This document shows, piece by piece, positions 14,632-23,513 of a stretch of DNA of 39,393 nt. The stretch lies in the IMG/VR virus record IMGVR_UViG_3300045988_068338. One strand, written 5' to 3'. Under the pieces are notes generated by a model, which saw only the letters and a program-made list of their open reading frames with translations, searched no databases and had not been told where the DNA came from. The first letter of the stretch is position 1. The number at the start of each line of letters is the position of its first letter. Source of the DNA: a virus. A program made the translations under genes and the position numbers.

Positions 14632-15171
14632 ATGGCAGGACAAAGACAACCTACAGATTTGGTTGTGATGAACGGGCGAAAACACCTAACAAAAGCCGAG
14701 ATTGAGGCACGAAAAAACGCCGAGGTCACAGCACCATGCGACAAAGTGAGACCTCCGTCATATTTGACACCGGAACAAAAGAAACAGTTCCGGAAGATTG
14801 CGAAAGAATTACTCGAAATCAAACTGATTTCAAACCTTGATTGCGATGCACTGGCAAGACTACTCATTGCACAAACGCAGTACATCGAAATCACAGAGCA
14901 AATCAGAGCAACTCCATTGATGGAGGATGTTCCAGTCTATGAGATGCGGGAAAATCCGGACATGGGCGAAAAAGAACGTGTGCAGGTCGGTACAAGACAG
15001 GTCGTTTCCGGAGAAAGAGAACGCCTCATGATTATTCAAGACCGCTGCATGAAACAGTGTAGGCAGGGAGCATCAGATTTCGGACTGACAGTTTCCTCCC
15101 GCTGCCGTTTGGTCGTACCGAAACCACAACAGCAAAAGCCGGAGAACAAATTTGCGAAATATGCAAATTAA
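14632..15171 (+). CDS. terS: Terminase small subunit, P27 family
   Basis: MAGQRQPTDL... N-terminus, then PPSYLTPEQKKQFRKIAKELL..LDCDALARL, typical of P27-type TerS. RBS AAGGAGG. Confidence 0.85.
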   Translation: MAGQRQPTDLVVMNGRKHLTKAEIEARKNAEVTAPCDKVRPPSYLTPEQKKQFRKIAKELLEIKLISNLDCDALARLLIAQTQYIEITEQIRATPLMEDVPVYEMRENPDMGEKERVQVGTRQVVSGERERLMIIQDRCMKQCRQGASDFGLTVSSRCRLVVPKPQQQKPENKFAKYAN

Positions 15172-15174
15172 GGC

Positions 15175-16974
15175 ATGGCAAAAGCAGGAGAAACACAAGA
15201 CCGCTGCACACAATACGCCCTTGATGTCGTATCGGGCAAGATAACAGCCGGAGAATATGTCCGTCTTGCATGTCAGAGGCATCTTGACGACATCGAAAAA
15301 TCGAAAGCAGCACCGTACAAATACTATTTCGACGTTGAAAAGTCGGAGGAAATCATCAATTTCGCAGAGGAATTGACCATTGCAGAGGGCGAGGAAAATG
15401 AGCATGTGACGGCATATCCGTTCCAGTGTTTCATTTTAGGGTCGCTCAATGGATGGAGAACAAAGGAAAAGTCATACAGACGATTTAGAACATCCTATGT
15501 GCAATTAGGACGACAGAACGGAAAATCGTTCATCAATGGTATTTTGGCGTGTTATTACGGCAATTTTGACGGGTACAAGTACGGAAAAATATTTTGTACG
15601 GCTACAAAGCAAGACCAAGCGAACATCGTTTTTGACGAGGTCGCAAAATTCATCAATTCCGACGAGGATTTGTCAGAGTGGTTCAAGGTTCACGACCACA
15701 ACCACACGATTGACTGTTTGCTGACACATTCGGAAATCAAAGCGTTGTCCGGAGACACAAAGTCACTTGACGGACACCGTGCATATTTGGGAATCGTCGA
15801 CGAGTATCACGCACACAAAACAAATCAGATGTACAAACTGCTTGAGGGCGGTATCAAGAAACTCAAGTCGGCGTTGATTTCAGTTATTACGACAGCAGGG
15901 TTCGACCTCAAGTCGCCGTGCTACAAATTGTATGAGTATTGCTGCAATCTACTCAAGGGCGTTTTCGAGAATGACAGTCAATTTGTCTACATCGCACAGA
16001 TGGACGAACACGATGACAGGTACACACCGGAAAACTGGATAAAAGCGAACCCGATTCTTGAGTTTGACAGGGATGCACTTGAGAACCTCATTCCGATTGC
16101 ACACACTGCCCGTGATATGGGCGGGGAGGACTTGAGAGATTTCCTTGTAAAGCAGTTGAATATGTGGATGCAGTGGTCAAATTCACTGTACATCAAGGAC
16201 ATTGCATCATGGAAAGCATGTGCCGTTCTGAAATCACTCAAGGATTTCAGAGGGTCAAAGTGCTATGTCGGAGTTGACTTGTCATCCGGAGGCGACTTGA
16301 CATCAATCGCAATCGTGATTCCGTTCATGGTGGAGGACACGAAAAAATATTTTGTTCACACACATTCGTTCATTCCGTCCTCAAGGGTGGATGAACACAT
16401 CAAGACCGACAAAGTACCATACGACGTATGGATTGAAAAAGGTCTTGTGACGGTAACGAAAACACTGGGAGGAATCAAGACAGATTACAAATATATCATC
16501 AAATACCTTGAGGATTTGGTGAGAGAATACAACCTCAAACCGCAGTTGATTTGTTACGACCCGCACAACGCATCGGCGTTCCTGTCAGACCTTGAGGCGA
16601 TGGGATTCGATTCAATCTCTGTCACGCAGACAGCAAAAGAGTTGAACGATGCGACCGTTGATTTCAGACTTGAAATCCTTGCGGGCAATGTGGAGATTGA
16701 GGGAATGGAAGTCGGCAAAGAGGGCAACAAGATAGTTGTTCCGGTCGACAGTCTGCTTGTTTGGTCGATTGCGAACGCAAAGACCATTTCAAACAACTAC
16801 GGCGAAATAAAGATTGATAAGGACATCACGACAGAACGAATCGACCCGATTGACGCTATCATCGACGCATGGAAACACGCAATGAAAGAGGAATACCGTC
16901 CGGACGTGAACGAAACTGTCAATGAATGGCTTGAGCAATATGAAAAATACATGAAGAAAGGCGGTGAGAAATAA
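15175..16974 (+). CDS. terL: Terminase large subunit
   Basis: 599 aa. Walker A GRQNGKS, then a C-terminal nuclease half. Lies between terS and the portal gene. Confidence 0.95.
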   Translation: MAKAGETQDRCTQYALDVVSGKITAGEYVRLACQRHLDDIEKSKAAPYKYYFDVEKSEEIINFAEELTIAEGEENEHVTAYPFQCFILGSLNGWRTKEKSYRRFRTSYVQLGRQNGKSFINGILACYYGNFDGYKYGKIFCTATKQDQANIVFDEVAKFINSDEDLSEWFKVHDHNHTIDCLLTHSEIKALSGDTKSLDGHRAYLGIVDEYHAHKTNQMYKLLEGGIKKLKSALISVITTAGFDLKSPCYKLYEYCCNLLKGVFENDSQFVYIAQMDEHDDRYTPENWIKANPILEFDRDALENLIPIAHTARDMGGEDLRDFLVKQLNMWMQWSNSLYIKDIASWKACAVLKSLKDFRGSKCYVGVDLSSGGDLTSIAIVIPFMVEDTKKYFVHTHSFIPSSRVDEHIKTDKVPYDVWIEKGLVTVTKTLGGIKTDYKYIIKYLEDLVREYNLKPQLICYDPHNASAFLSDLEAMGFDSISVTQTAKELNDATVDFRLEILAGNVEIEGMEVGKEGNKIVVPVDSLLVWSIANAKTISNNYGEIKIDKDITTERIDPIDAIIDAWKHAMKEEYRPDVNETVNEWLEQYEKYMKKGGEK

Positions 16975-18381
16975 ATGAATCCGTTTCAGAGATTAGGAGT
17001 AAAAATTTCAAATTGGTGGAGAGGCGAACCACAGAACGACGGAGGGAAAATGACATTGAACTCACCGTCGTTCCTTGAGCGAATAGGATTGAAAAGAAAA
17101 GGGAAACCGACATCAGAGGTCACATATTTCACTTGTCTCAAGATGCTGTCGGAGACACTTGCGAAAATGCCTATCAAATACTATCAGAAAACGGACAAGG
17201 GAATCATTGAGGCAGAGGCGACAGATACATCAAAACTGCTCTCAAAAAGACCGAATCCGTTCATGACACCAACAACATTTTGGAACACTGTTGAAATCAA
17301 CCGCAACCATTACGGAAACGGCTATGTGTATATGAGAAAGAAGTTTGACCGAAAGAAATTCGGCGGTGAAATAAAAATCGTTGATTTGTGGGTCATGCAG
17401 TCAAATTGTGTGCAGATAGTCGTTGATGATGCAGGGATATTCGCAGGAGTGGGGCGTTTGTGGTACGTCTACACAGACCCGACATCCGGTCGTCAATATG
17501 TGTTTAGTACAGACGAGGTGATGCATTTCAAGACATCATTCAGCTTTGACGGAATCACAGGACTACCAGTGCAACAGATATTGAGAGACACGGTTGCAGG
17601 TGCATCCGAATCACAGGCGTTTATGAATAACTTGTATGAGAGCGGTCTGACAGCAAAAGCGACACTCGAATACACAGGAGAGTTGAACGAAAAGGCAAAA
17701 GAGGCACTTGTCAAATCGTTCGAGGAGTTCGGCAGCGGGGCAAAGAACACAGGAAAAATCCTGCCTGTTCCGTTGGGAATGAAACTCACGCCTCTCGACA
17801 TCAAACTGACCGATTCGCAGTTCTTTGAACTGAAAAAATACAATGCATTGCAAATCGCAGGAGCGTTCGGAGTAAAACCGAATCAAATCAACGATTATTC
17901 AAAGTCGTCATATAGCAATAGCGAGATGCAGCAGTTATCATTCTACGTCGACACGGAACTGTTCATCATCAAGCAGTATGAGGAGGAAATCAATTTCAAA
18001 ATGCTGCCGGATGAAGATACAGACGACGGATATTATTACAAATTCAACGAAAAGGTATTGTTCCGCACCGATTCAAAAACGCAGATGGAGTATTTGAGAA
18101 ACGGTGTCGGTGGAATGATTATCAAACCGAATGAGGCAAGACGTAAACTCGACATGGAAGATGCGGAGGGAGGCGATGTCCTACTTGCAAACGGTAGCAT
18201 CGTACCGTTGACGATGGCGGGTGCAGCATATTTGAAAGGTGAATCCGAGCAGGAGAACACCGATGAACCGGAGCAACCGGAGGAAGAAACAGAGCCGGAC
18301 ACAGAACAGCCGGACACAGCAACAGAACCGGACGAAACCGACACGGCAGAGGACGAGACTGACGAGGAGGGAGGTGAATAA
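16975..18381 (+). CDS. Portal protein (HK97 family type)
   Basis: 468 aa. Sits in the position after terL. Acidic Glu/Asp/Thr/Pro-rich C-terminal tail. Confidence 0.9.
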   Translation: MNPFQRLGVKISNWWRGEPQNDGGKMTLNSPSFLERIGLKRKGKPTSEVTYFTCLKMLSETLAKMPIKYYQKTDKGIIEAEATDTSKLLSKRPNPFMTPTTFWNTVEINRNHYGNGYVYMRKKFDRKKFGGEIKIVDLWVMQSNCVQIVVDDAGIFAGVGRLWYVYTDPTSGRQYVFSTDEVMHFKTSFSFDGITGLPVQQILRDTVAGASESQAFMNNLYESGLTAKATLEYTGELNEKAKEALVKSFEEFGSGAKNTGKILPVPLGMKLTPLDIKLTDSQFFELKKYNALQIAGAFGVKPNQINDYSKSSYSNSEMQQLSFYVDTELFIIKQYEEEINFKMLPDEDTDDGYYYKFNEKVLFRTDSKTQMEYLRNGVGGMIIKPNEARRKLDMEDAEGGDVLLANGSIVPLTMAGAAYLKGESEQENTDEPEQPEEETEPDTEQPDTATEPDETDTAEDETDEEGGE

Positions 18382-18383
18382 GC

Positions 18384-19211
18384 ATGGGAAAGAAAAGACG
18401 TTTTGATTTCACAAAGAAAAATAAACGCAGCGGAAAAGTTGAAAATGTCGGCTATTTGGATTTAGAGCAGGACGAGGAACAGAGCAGATGTTCCTTGTAT
18501 TTCTACGGTGACATTGTATCGGCGACATGGGAATCCATGTGGTACGAGGAGGACAGATGTCCGCAGGACATCGCAGATTTCCTCAACCAGTTAGATGGAT
18601 ATGAGGACATTGACATCTATTTCAATTCCGGCGGTGGCGATGTATTCGCAGGACTGGCAATCTATAACCAGTTAAAACGATACGACGGACACAAAGTCGG
18701 ATATGTCGACGGAATGGCAGCATCTATCGCATCAGTCATCATGTTCGCATGTGACGAACTGCATTTTGCAACAGGTGCTCAAGCAATGATTCACAAACCG
18801 TTATGCATGGCATACGGAAATGCAGACGATTTCAAGGCAGTTATAAAGCAGTTGAATCTCTGCGAGGATTCGATTCTTGATGTCTACATGGAGCATGTGC
18901 AGGAGGGTGTCACAAGAGACAAGATTCAGACCCTTATGAGCAATGAGACATGGTTTGACAGTAAGAAGATGCAGCAGTATTTCGACGTTGAAATCGAGGA
19001 AAAGGCAGCAGTTGCAGCGTGTGCATCTGACTTTTTCGAGAAATACAACAATATTCCGGAGGCACTCAAGGGAATCGACACAAAGGACATTGTCGATGCG
19101 GTAATTACGGAATTGGAAAACCGGAACAATGTGGCAGCAGAGGCAGAGAAACAGAGAATCGAGGCAGAAAAGCAGCAGATTCTTGATGATTTATACCTTT
19201 ATGGTATGTAA
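18384..19211 (+). CDS. ClpP-like head maturation protease
   Basis: FNSGGGDV, GMAASIAS (Ser) and MIHKP (His) motifs. C-terminal coiled coil. Confidence 0.93.
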   Translation: MGKKRRFDFTKKNKRSGKVENVGYLDLEQDEEQSRCSLYFYGDIVSATWESMWYEEDRCPQDIADFLNQLDGYEDIDIYFNSGGGDVFAGLAIYNQLKRYDGHKVGYVDGMAASIASVIMFACDELHFATGAQAMIHKPLCMAYGNADDFKAVIKQLNLCEDSILDVYMEHVQEGVTRDKIQTLMSNETWFDSKKMQQYFDVEIEEKAAVAACASDFFEKYNNIPEALKGIDTKDIVDAVITELENRNNVAAEAEKQRIEAEKQQILDDLYLYGM

Positions 19212-19231
19212 GAAATGGAGGACAGAAAGTC

Positions 19232-20464
19232 ATGAATAAGGAATTACAGAAGTTATTAAAGCAGATTAACGACAAGAAAAATGAAGTCAAGAGCCTTGTG
19301 AACGATGGAAAACTCGACAAGGCAAGAGCAGCAAAGGAGGAACTCGTAGAATTACAGAACAGATTCGACCTCCTCTATGATTTGGACGAGGACGAGCAGG
19401 ACGGCATCGAGAACAAGGTCAAGGATGGAACTGCAAAGCAGGTCGGCGGGGATGTCAAGCCGGACAAAAAGAACATCGTGAAATCATTTGTCAACATTGT
19501 CAAAGCCGGATTCCTGCACAAAGAGGCAGACGAGGCAGACATCAAGGTGTACAAGGATGCACTCACATCCGACACAACCGCAGGAAGTGAGGGAGAGGTC
19601 GGAATCGGCGTGACAATTCCGGAGGACATCAGAACAGACATTATCGAGTTGCGTCGTTCATCCGACAACCTTGAACAGTATGTCAATGTCGAGGGCGTAA
19701 CAACTAAGACAGGAACACGAAACATTGAGGTTGATGCAGAATCAACACCATTTGACAATGTTGACGAGGCTGCGGATTTTCCGGAGATGGACGAACCGGA
19801 ATTTTTACCGATTGAGTACAAGGTAAAGAAAAAGGGTGGAATCCTCAAGATGACAGCAGAGTTACTTGAGGACACAGCATCCAACATCATGGCATACATC
19901 AACAAATGGATTGCCAAGAAAACAAAGGCAACCCGTAACGCAATGATTCTCAAGGTACTCAATGAGATGACAAAAGGGAAAGAGGTCACAGTCGAGAACC
20001 TTGACAGCCTCAAGGACATTTTCAATGAGCAGTTAGACCCTGCAATCGCTGACAATGCAGTTGTTATCACAAATCAGAGCGGTTTCAACTACCTTGACAA
20101 GTTAAAGGATAAAGACGGCAACTATATTTTACAGAAAGACCCGACACAGCAGACAAAGGGAAAGATGCTTTTCGGTGAATATCCTATCATCAAATTATCA
20201 AAGAAAACTCTTGCATCCGAGAAGATTATGGACACCGATGGTCACACAATCGACGGGTACAAGCATCCTATTTTCTGCGGTGATTTAAAAGAGGCAGTCA
20301 CACTCTTTGATAGAAACGTCCTCACAATCGACCTTAATGACAAAGGTGCGGGTTTATGGGATAAGGACATGACCGGAATCAAGGTGCGTGACCGTTTCGA
20401 TGTGCAGCCTGTTGACAAGGGAGCAGTCATCAAGGGTCAGATTACAGAAGTTATCAACGGGTAA
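19232..20464 (+). CDS. Major capsid protein (HK97 type with N-terminal delta domain)
   Basis: 410 aa. N-terminal ~60-aa coiled coil followed by the capsid body. Follows the protease gene. Confidence 0.92.
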   Translation: MNKELQKLLKQINDKKNEVKSLVNDGKLDKARAAKEELVELQNRFDLLYDLDEDEQDGIENKVKDGTAKQVGGDVKPDKKNIVKSFVNIVKAGFLHKEADEADIKVYKDALTSDTTAGSEGEVGIGVTIPEDIRTDIIELRRSSDNLEQYVNVEGVTTKTGTRNIEVDAESTPFDNVDEAADFPEMDEPEFLPIEYKVKKKGGILKMTAELLEDTASNIMAYINKWIAKKTKATRNAMILKVLNEMTKGKEVTVENLDSLKDIFNEQLDPAIADNAVVITNQSGFNYLDKLKDKDGNYILQKDPTQQTKGKMLFGEYPIIKLSKKTLASEKIMDTDGHTIDGYKHPIFCGDLKEAVTLFDRNVLTIDLNDKGAGLWDKDMTGIKVRDRFDVQPVDKGAVIKGQITEVING

Positions 20465-20470
20465 TATGGC

Positions 20471-20495
20471 AGCAGGGCGGTGAATCCGTCCTGCT
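20471..20495 (+). other. Stem-loop directly after the capsid gene
   Basis: 10-bp stem (one G-T pair), 20471-20480 with 20486-20495, loop TGAAT. No U-tract, so it is likely an attenuator or mRNA stabiliser. Confidence 0.45.
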
Positions 20496-20514
20496 ATTGA
20501 AAGCAGGTGAGAAC

Positions 20515-20823
20515 ATGACGGATGAAGAAAAAGAGAAGTACAGAGGCGGTCTGATTGCTACATGCAAGACATATTGTCACATCGACTATGATGACGACAT
20601 CGAAATCCTTGAATTGATGCTTGACACGACACTGGATGAAATGACGGAACTGATTCCGAATTTCGACCGGAACAACCTCACAAGCCGTCAAAAACTGCTT
20701 GCATTTATGTCCGTGAAAGAACTGTACGACAACCGTGACAAGTACCGGAGCGACACGAAAACGCTATCAGCTGCCGTTTCCTCCATGCTATTGAAAGAAA
20801 TATACGGAGGTGCAGCAGAATGA
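20515..20823 (+). CDS. Head-tail connector protein (gp6-like)
   Basis: Start moved to ATG 20515 (MTDEEKEKY), which follows AGGTGAG. Assigned by size and position. Confidence 0.75.
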   Translation: MTDEEKEKYRGGLIATCKTYCHIDYDDDIEILELMLDTTLDEMTELIPNFDRNNLTSRQKLLAFMSVKELYDNRDKYRSDTKTLSAAVSSMLLKEIYGGAAE

Positions 20824-21137
20824 CAGGCAGAATCAAGATAATTCGCAAGACAACAAGTGTTGTTGACGGTAGACGACAGCAGGAGGAAAAGGAGTTTTTC
20901 TCATGTTGGTGTGATGTCAAGAGTTTGGGAACAAATGAAAAATACAATGCGTTGCAGATAGGTCTTGAGAACACAATCATGTTTGAAACGAGAGCCTGCG
21001 ACAAGATGGAGGAAATCAGATTGAATCTGAAAGAGTTCTACGCAGTATATAAAGGCGTTGAGTTCAAGATATATGATGCATGTCCGATGTTCACAGACGA
21101 CAGGAAATATCAGTTGAAATGTAGAGCGGGAGCATAG
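20820..21137 (+). CDS. Head closure / head-tail adaptor protein
   Basis: 105 aa. ATGA overlap with the upstream gene. Pattern ...CWCDVKSLGTNEKYNA... is typical of head-tail joining proteins. Confidence 0.75.
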   Translation: MTGRIKIIRKTTSVVDGRRQQEEKEFFSCWCDVKSLGTNEKYNALQIGLENTIMFETRACDKMEEIRLNLKEFYAVYKGVEFKIYDACPMFTDDRKYQLKCRAGA

Positions 21138-21166
21138 TGTCATAATCTGACACCGGAGGTGATGCA

Positions 21167-21616
21167 GTGAAAATCGAAATGGAATTTCAAGGCTTGAAAG
21201 AACTCATGAAAGCATTTGAGGACGCAGCAAGCGACGAGGACATAAAAGAGGTCAATCAAAAGATTGTAAAGCAAAGCGAACCAGTTGTGAAAAACATCAT
21301 GTCCGGCAAAATTCCGAAATCGGCAGACATCAAATTATCCGGTAGAGGTTTCGGTTCAAAGTCATCCGCGACATCACATGCAGCGGACAGCATACCGATG
21401 GGAGCAGTCAAAATGAAAGACACAGGAGCAACAGCAGATGTCGGATGGGAAAAGTCGGACAATAGCGAACACTTTTATGTGAAATTCATAAACTGGGGAA
21501 CTATCTATCAACCGCCTCAAGAATTTATCTATGCAACAGGGCGTGAGGCAGATGCGGAACTGCAAAAAATCGCAGAACAGGAATATCAATCATATTTAGA
21601 CAACACATTGAAATGA
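21167..21616 (+). CDS. HK97 gp10-family tail-component protein
   Basis: GTG start after GGAGGTG. N-terminus MKIEMEFQGLKELMKAFEDA is typical of the family. Confidence 0.75.
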   Translation: MKIEMEFQGLKELMKAFEDAASDEDIKEVNQKIVKQSEPVVKNIMSGKIPKSADIKLSGRGFGSKSSATSHAADSIPMGAVKMKDTGATADVGWEKSDNSEHFYVKFINWGTIYQPPQEFIYATGREADAELQKIAEQEYQSYLDNTLK

Positions 21617-21625
21617 GGTGAGAGC

Positions 21626-21988
21626 ATGAGCAGCAGTCCGGACATCATCAAAGATGCATCCGACGCATTGAAACCAATATCAGACAGGAAAATCATCGTG
21701 ATGCAAGGATGGTATGACAAAAACATCCATGACAGACATGTGACATTGTGGGATTTGGGAGAAAACGACGAGAATTTTTCGGACGACGATGCAGAGGGAG
21801 TGACGCTGTCAGTGCAGGTCACTATATTTTCAGAGAATGACGAGGTTGAACTTGCGAGGGAAATCAAGTCACTTATGAAAGAAAATGATTTCTCATTTGA
21901 CGGCAGGAACGGAGACGATTCAAAGCCGGAGGACGGAATCTATATGAAAGCACAAAGGTTTTCAAAGTTTTATGAAATGGAGGAATAG
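21626..21988 (+). CDS. Putative tail completion/terminator protein
   Basis: 120 aa. Assigned from its position between the gp10-like gene and the major tail gene only. Confidence 0.45.
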   Translation: MSSSPDIIKDASDALKPISDRKIIVMQGWYDKNIHDRHVTLWDLGENDENFSDDDAEGVTLSVQVTIFSENDEVELAREIKSLMKENDFSFDGRNGDDSKPEDGIYMKAQRFSKFYEMEE

Positions 21989-21990
21989 AC

Positions 21991-22626
21991 ATGAGCGAAA
22001 CAGTAACACAGGTTAGCGACACAGAACAGAAGATTGTGAGGAGTAGAACTTGCGGTTGTAGAGATTTCTACATCGCAAAACTCACACAGAACGATGCGAA
22101 AGCATACGTTGCAGAAACTCCGGTCAAACTGGCAAGAGCAATCAAAGCAAAGGTTGACGAAAAGTGGAGTTCTGAAAAGATTTACTCTGACGATGGAACA
22201 GAGGAAGTCATCAATTCCTATGAGGGAACAGAAATCGAACTTGAGGTCAATGCACTCGCACCGCAGGACAGACAGATTCTTTTCGGTCAGTTATACGAGA
22301 ACGGTTTTCTTGTAAAGACTGCGGATGATAAAGCACCGGAGGTTGCTGTCGGATGGAGAGAAAGAAAACTCAACGGAAAGTATGATTTCAAATGGTTATA
22401 CGCCGGAAAGTTCGCAGAGGGCATCAGTGAGGAGGCAAGCACAAAAGAGGGCAAATTGTCTCCGACAACAAAGAGCATCAAGGGTTCATTCTATGAGAGA
22501 AGTCTTGACAATGCGTATGAGATTTCGGTCGACGAATCAAACCTCGTTTCCGGAGACACAAAGGCAGCAGAGGCAATCAAGGCATGGTTCAGCAAAGTGC
22601 AGGAGAAAAACGGCGGTTTAGGCTAA
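21991..22626 (+). CDS. Major tail protein
   Basis: 211 aa. Assigned by position. FYIAKLTQND...PVKLARAIKAKVD... is like phi13-type major tail proteins. Confidence 0.85.
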   Translation: MSETVTQVSDTEQKIVRSRTCGCRDFYIAKLTQNDAKAYVAETPVKLARAIKAKVDEKWSSEKIYSDDGTEEVINSYEGTEIELEVNALAPQDRQILFGQLYENGFLVKTADDKAPEVAVGWRERKLNGKYDFKWLYAGKFAEGISEEASTKEGKLSPTTKSIKGSFYERSLDNAYEISVDESNLVSGDTKAAEAIKAWFSKVQEKNGGLG

Positions 22627-22655
22627 TAAGAGGACATATAACAGGAGGATAAATC

Positions 22656-22973
22656 ATGAAAAGAAAAATTATAGTCAATAACAAAGAGTTTACAATGCCG
22701 AAAATGTCAATCGACACATACACGGAATATCTCGAACTTGCAGAGATTGTCGACGCAAAACAGAGGTATTCAAAGCAGGACATTGAGGCGATGGGTCTTT
22801 TTATCTGCAAAGCATACGGAGACCAGTTCACCGTTGAGGAATTAAAGAATCCGGAGACCGGACTTGATGCAGCAGGATTGATTCTTGAGTTCCAGTTCAT
22901 TGATATGGGAATCGCCGACGACCTCACCAAACGTATGGAGAAGATAGAGAAAAATTTTCAGAGTGGCAAGTGA
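22656..22973 (+). CDS. Tail assembly chaperone (G-like)
   Basis: 105 aa, acidic, between the major tail and tape measure genes. Confidence 0.75.
   Translation: MKRKIIVNNKEFTMPKMSIDTYTEYLELAEIVDAKQRYSKQDIEAMGLFICKAYGDQFTVEELKNPETGLDAAGLILEFQFIDMGIADDLTKRMEKIEKNFQSGK
22952..22958 (+). promoter_or_regulatory. Candidate -1 programmed frameshift heptamer A_AAT_TTT
   Basis: X_XXY_YYZ pattern in the zero frame of 22656..22973 (codons AAT 22953-55, TTT 22956-58). The -1 frame is open from 22904 into ORF 22970..23497. Confidence 0.55.
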
Positions 22974-23497
22974 TACCGGAAATCGAGGTCACTTGCAGAG
23001 GTGAGAGACTTTTCATCAATTCCGTAACGGTAGAACAGTATAAAAAATACATCAGTCTCATGGAAAAGAATGACACGGAGAAATTCTCCGGAGTGATGTT
23101 TTTCAACAAAAAGATAATGCAGGAGATGTTCGGGAATGAATTGTCGCTTGCAGCAGTTGGGGAGATTGATGCAGTTGAATTTCTGACGGCAATCAAGACG
23201 GTTCATTTCATCATGCAGAACATTGTTGCAGAGAAGATGTTGAACATTGTCGAGGTTGAGCAGGTGGAAAAAGAGGCATCCGCATTCGATGACTATGACC
23301 GTGAAAATGGATATGAGGACGAGGATGAACAACCGGAGGAAAATCAATGGAAAGTCTGCGGGGAAATTGTTGACCGTGTTGTAAAAATTGCGATTCGGCT
23401 ATTGAAAAACTCATACAGTCAATGCATGAAAGAGAACATTGTCACGTTGTTGGACTACTTAAAATTTGAATTAGATACAATCAACGAAAATCAGTAA
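22970..23497 (+). CDS. Tail assembly chaperone T-like part (probably made as a G-T fusion by -1 frameshift)
   Basis: It lies in the -1 frame relative to the upstream chaperone. No independent RBS; the only start is a GTG overlapping the upstream stop. Confidence 0.65.
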   Translation: MIPEIEVTCRGERLFINSVTVEQYKKYISLMEKNDTEKFSGVMFFNKKIMQEMFGNELSLAAVGEIDAVEFLTAIKTVHFIMQNIVAEKMLNIVEVEQVEKEASAFDDYDRENGYEDEDEQPEENQWKVCGEIVDRVVKIAIRLLKNSYSQCMKENIVTLLDYLKFELDTINENQ

Positions 23498-23513
23498 GAG
23501 AGGAGGCGACCGA

